From IMG/VR virus record IMGVR_UViG_3300044626_000224, positions 1 to 60,125 of that record: a stretch of DNA of 60,125 nucleotides; one strand, given 5' to 3'. Of the stretch, positions 28,405 through 37,535 are shown in pieces. The first letter of the stretch is position 1, and each line of letters begins with the position of its first letter. A program made the translations under genes and the position numbers. This DNA comes from a virus. Taxonomy: Duplodnaviria > Caudoviricetes. Under the pieces are notes generated by a model. It saw nothing but the letters and a program-made list of their open reading frames with translations. It searched no databases and had not been told where the DNA came from.

Positions 28405-29004
28405 ATGAAAGCAAAGAAGCAAGTCGATGCGCGGAAGAAGTGGGACATGGATAAAGTGCGAGCGTTATACATCCAAGGGATAGAGATCGCCGACATCGTA
28501 AAGATGCCAGAATTCAATGGACTCTCACGCTTCTATGTGAAGAATGTAATGATCAAGGGCAAGTGGTCACAGCAAAGACAGCTCATCCGAACGCAATCTA
28601 CTGGATTGATAGAGAAGACGATAGTAGATGCAATGAAGGATCAAACGGAGGATCACCTGCGTTTTATGCTGAAACAGATCAGCGAGGAAAGAGCCGAGAT
28701 AGTTGCCAGAAAAAAGATGGGCAACATAAAAGACCAGCGGGAACGCTTGGAAGTGTTATCAGAATTAGATAAAACCGCGAGAAGGACGCTTGGCTTGGAT
28801 GAACAAAACATTGCAGATAAACGAGCAATGAGCGTGAACGCAATGATCAGCCTCCATATCAGACCACCAAGCAAAGCGGAAGAGGTGGAAGTAATATCCG
28901 GGCAATATGTGGAAGGGGAAAGGGGGGAACAGAACGAGGTGGAAGAGGCTATCGTTTACGATAACGAAGGGGAAGTGGAAGAAGGGGAAGAGCAAGTAGT
29001 CTGA
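28405..29004 (+). CDS. terS: Putative terminase small subunit
   Basis: N-terminal HTH-like WDMDKVRALYIQG.....I...KGKW..QR, central coiled coil, RRTLGLD, acidic tail. Confidence 0.55.
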   Translation: MKAKKQVDARKKWDMDKVRALYIQGIEIADIVKMPEFNGLSRFYVKNVMIKGKWSQQRQLIRTQSTGLIEKTIVDAMKDQTEDHLRFMLKQISEERAEIVARKKMGNIKDQRERLEVLSELDKTARRTLGLDEQNIADKRAMSVNAMISLHIRPPSKAEEVEVISGQYVEGERGEQNEVEEAIVYDNEGEVEEGEEQVV

Positions 29005-29035
29005 GCCTATCAAATCGCAGATTATTTTTGGGCAC

Positions 29036-29073
29036 AAAAAAGGGTGACACCCGAAGATGTCACCCGATTTTTT
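29036..29073. terminator. Bidirectional terminator
   Basis: AAAAAA-GGGTGACA...TGTCACCC-GATTTTTT between convergent genes. Confidence 0.75.
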
Positions 29074-29153
29074 ATAGTAGTCTAAAGACTACGAAGGCGG
29101 CCATGACGGCCAATAGTAGAACCTTTAGTAGAACCTTTTCTTGTATACTCATG

Positions 29154-29915
29154 TTACTTTTTAGCTTTGAGGGTCTGAACGGCGGCAGCTGCGTCGGCAT
29201 GCATAAGAAGGTATCCGCCTAAGTTGAGCTTGGCAATCACTTGCCTTGCAATCTTCAAACGAGCCTCACCCTCTGCAATCTTCGAATATTTATCGGTATA
29301 CGATAAAAGCAGAGTCTCGAGCTTGTCGGCTTCATCCGCGAAGTTTACTGCTTTCGGTTCACTGGTTTCTTCCTGCTTTGCTGGTTTTTCTTTTGGCTGG
29401 ATTGACTCTTTCACCGCACGAGGGGATTTCCCCTCATTAAGTAATGCGACTGCTTGCTGACTGGTTTCCTCGCCCTTTAATAGCTTGGAAACCTCGCGCA
29501 GCGCATAGAGGTCTTTTACCTTGTCAATCGAAAGGCCTTTATCCTCAAATGAGGGGAGAGCTTTTGAGATACTGATAAGGTTTGGAATAGTAGAACCACT
29601 CCAGCGCAATTTGAGCTGATCAGCGTATGCCTTGCTTTGCTCCTCTGGTTTGTTTTTAAACACCCATGCGGAGAATAGGATTGCGTCTCTGATAGCAGAT
29701 TGACCAGCGTCAAGTTTGGTGACAACATAACCGACCGCGTCATCTACTGATATGTCCGCTGCTTTGCTGCTTTCCAAATATCCAAGAGAGTTTCTTTTAA
29801 ACATTTGATCGATTGCGATTGGCTCGCGCACTACGCTAAGGTTTACTGCTTTCGCTTTGTCGAGTTTCGCGTGAATATCTGCTTTGACTGCTTTTGTATT
29901 TGTAGCTGTTTTCAT
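29154..29915 (-). CDS. Lys/Ala-rich helical hypothetical protein with its own promoter
   Basis: ATG at 29915; single gene between promoter 30088-30116 and terminator. Confidence 0.7.
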   Translation of the reverse strand: MKTATNTKAVKADIHAKLDKAKAVNLSVVREPIAIDQMFKRNSLGYLESSKAADISVDDAVGYVVTKLDAGQSAIRDAILFSAWVFKNKPEEQSKAYADQLKLRWSGSTIPNLISISKALPSFEDKGLSIDKVKDLYALREVSKLLKGEETSQQAVALLNEGKSPRAVKESIQPKEKPAKQEETSEPKAVNFADEADKLETLLLSYTDKYSKIAEGEARLKIARQVIAKLNLGGYLLMHADAAAAVQTLKAKK

Positions 29916-30087
29916 GATTTTAACTTTCGGTTTACCCACAGGCCATACGCATCAATTCAAATGTGAATCGATCATGATCATTTCATGCCTTAATGGACAG
30001 ATTGCCTGCAGATTGCCGAAAGCTAAAAAGTAAAATCAAACTGTCAGAGATCAAATTGCAAAAGGCACTGTGCCTTTCACTGTTAAG

Positions 30088-30116
30088 AGACTACCAGCAA
30101 ACAGTGCAGGCGTCAA
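30088..30116 (-). promoter_or_regulatory. Sigma70-type promoter
   Basis: TTGACG-17 nt-TAGTCT with TG extension. Confidence 0.65.
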
Positions 30117-30348
30117 GAGTCTGAGTGAATTATTTTGAGATTATTTTCTCGTTAACGATATCAGTTCTACCAAGTAGCATCCTTATATCGTCATGCAGCG
30201 ATGGAAGGAATCTCTTTTTCTATGAGTGACAGAGGCCACCGGCCACCCACCCCACACACCCCAGCGTCCAAGGCTCCATCGTGGAAACCCCTCCCCCCAT
30301 AAAAACTGCCATTTTGTATGTCAATAAAAATCTATTAACAGATGATAA

Positions 30349-30391
30349 GTCTTATGCTAATGTCTTATGCTATGCCTAATGTCTTATGCTA
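30349..30391. repeat. Three direct copies of GTCTTATGCTA
   Basis: 30349, 30362, 30381. Confidence 0.85.
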
Positions 30392-30931
30392 CTCACATGA
30401 GTAGATGGTATCTTGGAGTTTGAGTTTTGGGAGGGTGGGTAGGGTGTAGGAGTTATCTTGGAAGGCTACTCTATTGGTGGGTTGGATGGTTAGTCTTCCG
30501 TTGGTGAGTTCTATGAAGATGAATTCTTTGTCTTGGTCTGGGCTATCTGACCAGCCATCGTTTAGGTGGGCGGTTGAGAATAGGTAGGTTCCCTTTAGTA
30601 TGTTTGGCCCTATCTTCGTTGTTACTGGCATTCCTCTTAGTATTGGGTTTTGTAGTATGGTGAAGTTGTATGAGTAGCAGTCCCAGAGTTGGCTTTCTTC
30701 TATGCGCCAGTTTTCGAGTGCTTGTTCTTTGAATCTTACTGCGTTTGGTGGGATGTTTCTGTAGAGTGCGCCGCCGTCTCTTAGGATGACATTTATTCCC
30801 CATGCTCTACTTGGTATGGAGGTTAGTCCTATCCACATAGCTTCTACTGGCCTGATTGGTTTTTCGTGAGTGTATTCGCTGTCTATCCAGATGTAGCGAT
30901 GAGTTGGGAGTGCGCCGATTTTTGTATTCAT
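30389..30931 (-). CDS. Conserved phage hypothetical protein
   Basis: GLTSIP.RA...GALY...P...QLWDCYSY...G.YLF...DKEF.FI.L.NG...IQP.NR. Confidence 0.65.
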   Translation of the reverse strand: MNTKIGALPTHRYIWIDSEYTHEKPIRPVEAMWIGLTSIPSRAWGINVILRDGGALYRNIPPNAVRFKEQALENWRIEESQLWDCYSYNFTILQNPILRGMPVTTKIGPNILKGTYLFSTAHLNDGWSDSPDQDKEFIFIELTNGRLTIQPTNRVAFQDNSYTLPTLPKLKLQDTIYSCE

Positions 30932-31025
30932 GTTATCGTTACCGATAATTACTTTCTGGTTGTTTCTATTATGAAGCAGGCTACTATGATAGTCCATGCT
31001 AAGATTAGTGCCATTATTTCGTCAT

Positions 31026-31538
31026 TCATAGTCCGAGTATCTTTGCCCCGTTTGGGTAGGTTCCGCGATAGATTTCCGTCTGTGCTTTCCTTACCACAAA
31101 TACAGATGGTTTTCCGCTGTGATCCCAGTAGGAGGTTAGTGGTTCTTTCTTAAATTGGACTACTGTGACTCCCATTTTTTCTGCTATCTCTAAGGCTATT
31201 GGGTCGGATTTGTAGATTTCTTTGTAGAGGACTCTCTTTATCTTATAGGCGGCTATGGTCTTTAGGCAGTCTCTACATGGGAGTAGGGTGGATACCAGTG
31301 TCTTTCCTTCGCCCGGACTTGTATATCTCAAGGCATTCTGCTCTGCGTGGATTACGAACTTTGATCTTTCTTCTCTTGATGACCAATCTTCTTCTACACC
31401 TTGAGGGAATCCATTATACCCTACTGAGGCTATGGAGTTGTCTTCTCTTAAGATCACCGCGCCGACCTTATGCCACGGGTCTTTACTTTTCTTAGCCACT
31501 ACCTCGGCTATGCTCATTGCGTATTCATCCCAGTTCAT
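31026..31538 (-). CDS. dCMP deaminase
   Basis: SKDP..KVGAVI, GYNGFP.G, HAEQNAL, PC..C zinc motif. Confidence 0.9.
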   Translation of the reverse strand: MNWDEYAMSIAEVVAKKSKDPWHKVGAVILREDNSIASVGYNGFPQGVEEDWSSREERSKFVIHAEQNALRYTSPGEGKTLVSTLLPCRDCLKTIAAYKIKRVLYKEIYKSDPIALEIAEKMGVTVVQFKKEPLTSYWDHSGKPSVFVVRKAQTEIYRGTYPNGAKILGL

Positions 31539-32521
31539 TTTGAGTTATATATTTCTAAAAAACAATTGATTCGATTTATAAATGTATGGTTGTTTTTCAC
31601 ATATTCCATTTGCTCCTTAATCAAGGGATAGTTTTTAGCATTGTTTTCTGTGTCTTTGAATAAAAGATATGGATCATTGTTATATATAATTCTTCCACTA
31701 AATAGGTCATTAACAGCTTTAGAATTTGTTGATCCAACTTGTCCATATGAGATATTTTTGAATGTGCGGCATGGGATATATCCAATATCAAGGTGGTTGC
31801 AATCTTGTGGTGTAGATTCACCGCAAGTTACCCCGCTTCCCCTAATGTCTGGGGCTATATATGAACGCTGAATAATCTCTTTATGATTTTCAACAGTTGC
31901 ATAATCTCCCCAAGGATTTTTGTTTATGAATTCAATTTCGTTGTCTTCGCAGGCTTTTTTGAATTGATTGATTTCAATTTGATTTGCTGACCATAAAGAA
32001 CCTATATACCAAACTTTTCGTTCTCGTTCTATATACATATCGTCAAAGTTAAACTCGTTTGGCAGCGTGTCAGTTGCCCATGATGTATATACAGCTTCGT
32101 ATCCAGATACGTTATTACGGAACTTTTCTCGCAGCGCATTGTCTGATGCGTTTTGTTCGTAGAATGTAACGCAATCAAGTTGCTGGCACTTTGATTTGTC
32201 TAATACGTAATCGTATGTGAAGTCTTTTGTGCCTTTCACATTGAAACGGATGTCTATCAATCTACATCCAGAACTTAAATACTTGGAAGGATTTTTGCAC
32301 ATATGAACAAAGTATGTGCTATTACTATTCAATGGTATGTTATTGTCAGCGTATCCTTCAGTTATAAATAGGCAATTGGAATAATCAAAATCGGACGGAA
32401 ATTGTCCATCGTGAAACCAATATGTTTCGTATCCAATACTTTTAAATGCCTTATACCATCCATAATGAACGTATGAATGAGTGTGACTATATAGAGGAAA
32501 TCCCCAGATTATAACTTTCAT
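31535..32521 (-). CDS. Glycosyltransferase-like protein (GT-B, CgeB-like C-terminus)
   Basis: YIG...PCRTFKNISYG...VKNNHTFINR. Confidence 0.6.
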   Translation of the reverse strand: MKVIIWGFPLYSHTHSYVHYGWYKAFKSIGYETYWFHDGQFPSDFDYSNCLFITEGYADNNIPLNSNSTYFVHMCKNPSKYLSSGCRLIDIRFNVKGTKDFTYDYVLDKSKCQQLDCVTFYEQNASDNALREKFRNNVSGYEAVYTSWATDTLPNEFNFDDMYIERERKVWYIGSLWSANQIEINQFKKACEDNEIEFINKNPWGDYATVENHKEIIQRSYIAPDIRGSGVTCGESTPQDCNHLDIGYIPCRTFKNISYGQVGSTNSKAVNDLFSGRIIYNNDPYLLFKDTENNAKNYPLIKEQMEYVKNNHTFINRINCFLEIYNSK

Positions 32522-33516
32522 TTATAAATTAACTTCCATTTATCTAATGTTTCACTCTTGATCATTGTTGAATACTTTGTAAAATCGTGTTTATTACAAT
32601 TTTTTAGTGCTTTAATTATGTTTGGTATTTCTTCAATTGAATCAAAATAATACCTACACTTTTCAAGTTTTGGATTATACCATTCAGACAATTTAGCGAG
32701 GTCTTCTGTAAGTATTTCTGCCCCTCCATATCCCGTTATATTGAACAAATAATTTCCTTGTTTGCTTAACTTCATCAATAACTCTACTGATGGAAGTAAT
32801 ACTGGAATGTTGTTGTGTATTGCTTCAAATGAAAACCATTTGCAAAATGTATCTGGTAAGGTGACGAACGCTGAATACTTATTCAACTGACTTGGAGAGT
32901 AAAAAGTTCCATTGCAAACAGACAGATCATTTGATCTTAAATAATCTGCCATTTTAAAAAACTGATTATCGTTGTGATAAAATGGAACAAATACATCAGC
33001 ATCAAGTAATTCTTTTGACTCTCCATACATCTCATTAAATACATTTGCCCTTGGTATGTTAAAATCTAAATCATGTTTGCCGAGTGGATTAATTACGGGA
33101 TTGAACATGATATTAGAGCCATGCTGCAAACACCATAACTTCTCAAATAAAGTTGAAGCGACAATTGTTATTTTAGGATTATTCGTAGCATTACGGAATA
33201 ATTCGTAATACTCAATATCTCCAGACATTCCATAATCAAAACGATTACATATCCATATGATTAATTTTGGTTTTAACTTTTCTATGTTTTGTAGAAATGG
33301 TCTGGATAATGGTGCTGTATCAGAAATAAGAATATAATCATACGAGTTAAATAGTTCTTCATTCTTATTCCAAAAATCATCAGCTATTTCTTTTGTAATC
33401 CTAAATACATTGTCAGTGAATTTGTGATTATCAACATGGAGTCCAAGTTTATTGAGTATATATTGCTGATCTCTAAAACATCCAATATGATGAGAGATGT
33501 GTAATACTTTCTTCAT
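32518..33516 (-). CDS. Putative glycosyltransferase
   Basis: KKVLHISHH N-terminus; FEAIH..IPVLLPS; flanked by glycosyltransferases. Confidence 0.5.
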   Translation of the reverse strand: MKKVLHISHHIGCFRDQQYILNKLGLHVDNHKFTDNVFRITKEIADDFWNKNEELFNSYDYILISDTAPLSRPFLQNIEKLKPKLIIWICNRFDYGMSGDIEYYELFRNATNNPKITIVASTLFEKLWCLQHGSNIMFNPVINPLGKHDLDFNIPRANVFNEMYGESKELLDADVFVPFYHNDNQFFKMADYLRSNDLSVCNGTFYSPSQLNKYSAFVTLPDTFCKWFSFEAIHNNIPVLLPSVELLMKLSKQGNYLFNITGYGGAEILTEDLAKLSEWYNPKLEKCRYYFDSIEEIPNIIKALKNCNKHDFTKYSTMIKSETLDKWKLIYK

Positions 33517-34640
33517 GGATAGTATCTGTTCATTGCTTCGATGTCGTTTCCTTTGGCATACCACCCGTCTCCGGTATATACATCCATGACATCTGCGAAG
33601 TATTTCTCATACATTGGTGCTACCCGCTCCAAGGTGAAGTTTTTTCCAAATCTGTGGCAGTCGTATGGGCAGATTTGGTCGATGTTCTTAATCGCATCTA
33701 TGTAGTCACCCATAGTCCGGCAGCGGAATCCTGTATAACCATGTAGGTTATTCTCGGTGAACGATCCCCAGTCGGTAGTAATTGTCGGAGTGCCAGAGAG
33801 TAGGTTTTCTATTTGGACTCCACCGAATGGTTCTACATACTGACTTGGAAGGAAGGATGCTTTAGCCCTCGACATGAGCTTCTTTCTGGTAGGAACATCG
33901 GCGTATCCTACATAGGTAACATGGTCTGGTAGTTTGTAACCTTCCTCTTTTTGGCCTGCGATTACCAGTTTAACCCCTGCTCGTTTAGTAGCTTCAATGG
34001 CAATATCTACACCTTTTCCGCTATATACCCTACCCAGATAGAGAAAGTAATCTTCTTTCTGGTCACAGAAGTCGAAGTCTTCTTTATCAAAGTAGTTTGG
34101 GATTACTACGGCATAGTTATCTTGCTGGCAATTTCCTACTGCCTGCATTCCGCAGAACGCATGGTAGATTGCGTAGGATTCAAATACTTTCCACCTCGCC
34201 CAGTGTCCACCTGCATATCCAATCCCCGGCTCGACTGTGATTAAGTCTGGATGAGCGTCACAAATAGGACGAACGCCACTTCCCCAGAATGGGAGAATGA
34301 AGTCATTCTTCTGCTTACGCTGCCCGATTGCCTTAATCGCGTTTCGATAGAATGTTTGGTAGGCATGGTCATTGGTATCAAACTTGAAGAATGTCTTCCT
34401 CCAGTCATGTGATCCGTAGCTTTTGTTGAAGTCATCATTGGTTAGGACAGGGACGTGTTCTGTGCAGATTAAGTCTGAATCTTCGTGTCCGTAGTGGATT
34501 ACTTCATGGCCGCGCTGGGTCATCATCTTCCCGAACTTCACTACCTTTTGGGTATAAGCGCAGGCGTTGAACTCTTTGGAACTTACTGTGTGAGGCAAGC
34601 CAAGGATATGGAATCTAAATTTATCGTTAACGATACTCAT
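33513..34640 (-). CDS. GT4-family glycosyltransferase
   Basis: YLGRV...KG..IAI, EPFGGVQIE..LSGTP.ITTD.G. Confidence 0.85.
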   Translation of the reverse strand: MSIVNDKFRFHILGLPHTVSSKEFNACAYTQKVVKFGKMMTQRGHEVIHYGHEDSDLICTEHVPVLTNDDFNKSYGSHDWRKTFFKFDTNDHAYQTFYRNAIKAIGQRKQKNDFILPFWGSGVRPICDAHPDLITVEPGIGYAGGHWARWKVFESYAIYHAFCGMQAVGNCQQDNYAVVIPNYFDKEDFDFCDQKEDYFLYLGRVYSGKGVDIAIEATKRAGVKLVIAGQKEEGYKLPDHVTYVGYADVPTRKKLMSRAKASFLPSQYVEPFGGVQIENLLSGTPTITTDWGSFTENNLHGYTGFRCRTMGDYIDAIKNIDQICPYDCHRFGKNFTLERVAPMYEKYFADVMDVYTGDGWYAKGNDIEAMNRYYP

Positions 34641-34843
34641 GGTTTTTTGAACTGAATTTCATCTAACATATCTGATGGGTCTTGATCGCCATTTGCCATA
34701 GCTTCAATCCATGTCGCGGGATTAATGGTTGCGGTGTGCGCCCATCCTTCACTTGTTAATTTTTCTTCGTGCGCTTCATCTACTGTTAAGCACAATATCT
34801 TACCTTCTTTTGCATAGATAAAAAGGAATTGTGGGATACTCAT
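34637..34843 (-). CDS. Hypothetical protein
   Basis: ATGA overlaps. Confidence 0.55.
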   Translation of the reverse strand: MSIPQFLFIYAKEGKILCLTVDEAHEEKLTSEGWAHTATINPATWIEAMANGDQDPSDMLDEIQFKKP

Positions 34844-35097
34844 AGGTCTAATAATATCTTTCTCGCCCATGCAGGCGTGTTGTCATCTACTGATATTGTC
34901 CAGTTACCATTTGCAGATTGGCTCATAGACAGAGGTTGAATAAACTTTCTTTCGTAAACTCCTTTTTTAAGTTGAACGATTACTTCGTTAGTAGTGAATC
35001 TTTCTCCACACTCACAAGCTCTTCTCCTCCTTACTCCTGCATCTTTCTTCCTGCTGTCTATTACTGATGTTGCTTTATTGCACTTAGGACAATTCAT
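34840..35097 (-). CDS. NrdR-like N-terminal zinc-ribbon protein
   Basis: MNCPKC....SVIDSR....VRRRRACECGERFTT.E. Confidence 0.75.
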   Translation of the reverse strand: MNCPKCNKATSVIDSRKKDAGVRRRRACECGERFTTNEVIVQLKKGVYERKFIQPLSMSQSANGNWTISVDDNTPAWARKILLDL

Positions 35098-35868
35098 TTC
35101 TTTTCTTGTCCAGTAAGCGTAAACCGCTTCATGCCGCGCTTCTTGAAGAAGTCTTCACAGGCTTTAGCAATTTGCTTGGAGTTGAGTGGATACTTCCATC
35201 CTACTCTGGCATCATTTTGGTCAACATTGCCCTCTGTATCTTTGCCGTTGATCTTCATTTCATTGACTTGCTGCCCTTGCACTTCCACTTCTTGCGCGAG
35301 AGATTATTCGGGGAGTTAGGATCGGATTTCCAATCGCCTTTAATTTTGGCTGAACGAGCGCAATACGCATCACCTTTGGCCGTGCCGGGGCGAATACGAT
35401 CACCGCCATCTTTAGCCTTGCCAGCTTGACCATACTTCACAGTCTTAGTCCTGCCAGTCTTAGCGTTCTTGACTACTTTCGTGAATCGCTTTTCCATTTT
35501 AATAGTCCCAAAAATAATCGTCAGAATAAGTTGTAATTTTCATTTTTTCTTTGCAGTTTTAGCTGATTGCTTGAACGCTTTGGCGGTAGGTGCGCCTTTG
35601 CTGCCAACCTTCCGCATCTTCTCACCACTACCAGCGGCGATGCGTTTTTTCTTTGCGTTAATATTTGAGTATAATCCAGTTTTCATTTCTTCTTAGCCAT
35701 TCCCGCACGCGATAATGCAATTGCAACTGCTTGTTTGCGGCTCTTGGCCATTGGTGCTTTCTTCGGGCCTTTAGGGTTGATACCAGCTTTCAGTTTGCCA
35801 GCTTTGTATTCACGCATTGTTTTTGCCACCTTCGCGGCCTTACCTGCTTTTGTTGTTGGTTTTTTCAT
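35094..35868 (-). CDS. Cluster of four small, mostly Lys-rich proteins (35094-35258, 35255-35497, 35540-35686, 35683-35868)
   Basis: Overlapping start/stop codons; KVAKTMREYKAGKL..KSRKQAVAIALS and GLY.NI.AK..RI..GSGEKMRK.GSKGAP patterns. Confidence 0.65.
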
Positions 35869-36006
35869 AAATTGCTTCTGGTGTTTCTATTTTATATTTA
35901 TCGCAAATTGTTTTAATAATATCGTAAATTGCAACATCGTCTGGAAGATTTACAACATACTTATATACACAATATTTGTCGTCAATTGTTATTATGAATT
36001 CATTTT

Positions 36007-36336
36007 TCATAATGATTCCATCCCATCTCTGAGAAGTTTAAAGAAAGTGTCGGCAGAGATTGTGACCTTCCAGTTCTTATTGTTTTTCTTATGAGCCACT
36101 GCCCACGCAATGCCTTTAGCATCCCGCTCGGCCTGCTCACAAGCCTTATCTAAATTTAAGTTCTCTACGCACTTTACTTCAAAGTGGAGTTTACCTTTCA
36201 GTTCCTCACAGATTACATCTGGTGAGTCTTGACCTCCAGCAAACTGCTGTCCTCGTTTAGCAGTGTAGCCTTCAGCGCGAAGTTGATCCCTCCACTGCCG
36301 CTCACCTCTTGCTCCTTTAGCTCTGGAGTTAATCAT
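36007..36336 (-). CDS. Holliday junction resolvase (archaeal-type PD-(D/E)XK)
   Basis: NSRAKGARGER...L...G..A.RG.Q..G..DSPDV....HFEVK. Confidence 0.8.
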   Translation of the reverse strand: MINSRAKGARGERQWRDQLRAEGYTAKRGQQFAGGQDSPDVICEELKGKLHFEVKCVENLNLDKACEQAERDAKGIAWAVAHKKNNKNWKVTISADTFFKLLRDGMESL

Positions 36337-36341
36337 AGTTC

Positions 36342-37535
36342 TTAAAGCTCCCAACTTATCGGAAGTAAATCAAGTTTGTCTCGGTAGCGATCAACTTGCT
36401 CGCGTGCCTCATCTCGCTCTTTGCAAAGTTTATTAACCTCCAGCATATTCTCTACTGCAAGCGTGTCGTATTTCTCCCGCGCCTCGTTGCGCTCGCGTTT
36501 TAGTTTGCGAGCAACTTCGGCATCAATTAGTTCCATGTGCTGAATACTGCCATCTCTTTTGTGAATGCAGAGTCGTTGAACAATGGTTGAATCTATCTCT
36601 GGTGTATCGTTCATTTCGCTTCCTCCCATTTACCGATTGTTTTTAGAAATGCCTCTGCTCGTTGGTGAGAGGTTGTGTGAATGCCCCACCAAATTCCATG
36701 ATGTTTCGGTAATAACTGATCGCAGAAAACTTCAATTTGGTCGCGTGTAAGTATCTTCTCCGCTCCGTGCATGGCATTGAGGTCGTTGCAGTAGTCGGGT
36801 GCGTATATAGGTCTCAGCCTACCATTTTCGGAGTGAAAGAACGAGTTTTTCTCAGGCTCCCATTTCCATCCGAAAATCTCAAAAATCGCGATGTTGATTT
36901 GTTTTTCGCTCATTTCCAGACCTCCCATTTGTTAATGTCAATTTTCCCGCGCAGCGTTTGCCAAATAATCCATGGAACGCACAGAGCAATTATTCCTATA
37001 GTTTTTAATAGTTTCATATTTTTTGTTTATTTAAGTTGGTCGAGTTCGGCGCGGTGAAGTTTAACAGTATTCGGGTGAAGGGTTTCGCAATTCAGCAAAA
37101 TCCTCTCCGCAATATCTCGCAGCTTGGCGTTTTGCTGCCTCACCTCGTCGCGCTCGCGCTCCAGTTTCTGTGCATGTTCCATCATTTCACTATACCGATC
37201 TGAAAGAACGCGAGGGTTATGTAGTTCGCAATTCAACGCATCCGTATCTGGTGTATTGGATGGCGATGAGAAAAAATCCGCTACGGGATTGTCGTTGCCT
37301 TTCATTATTTCAATTACTGCATTTGTTTCTTGCCCGTCATTCATGGGAGCATTAAATCAATATCTTGTGGTTCTGTCAATACTTTTGTTTCAGAAAAGTA
37401 TTGGTTCATAATCTTGAGTCCTTCGTTGTGGTAGTTTTCTGCTATGCAATACCTTTCTTTGTCTTGAGCTTCCCAGATTGCGTTTGCCGCCTCCAAATAC
37501 TTCAACGCTTTTCCGTATGCTTGGTCGATTGTCAT
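36342..37535 (-). CDS. Run of small hypothetical genes (36342-36614, 36611-36913 ABA-sandwich-like, 36910-37017, 37027-37344, 37341-37535)
   Basis: Overlapping ORFs; two share a TP.(I/T)D...KL.RER.E.R coiled-coil motif. Confidence 0.55.
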
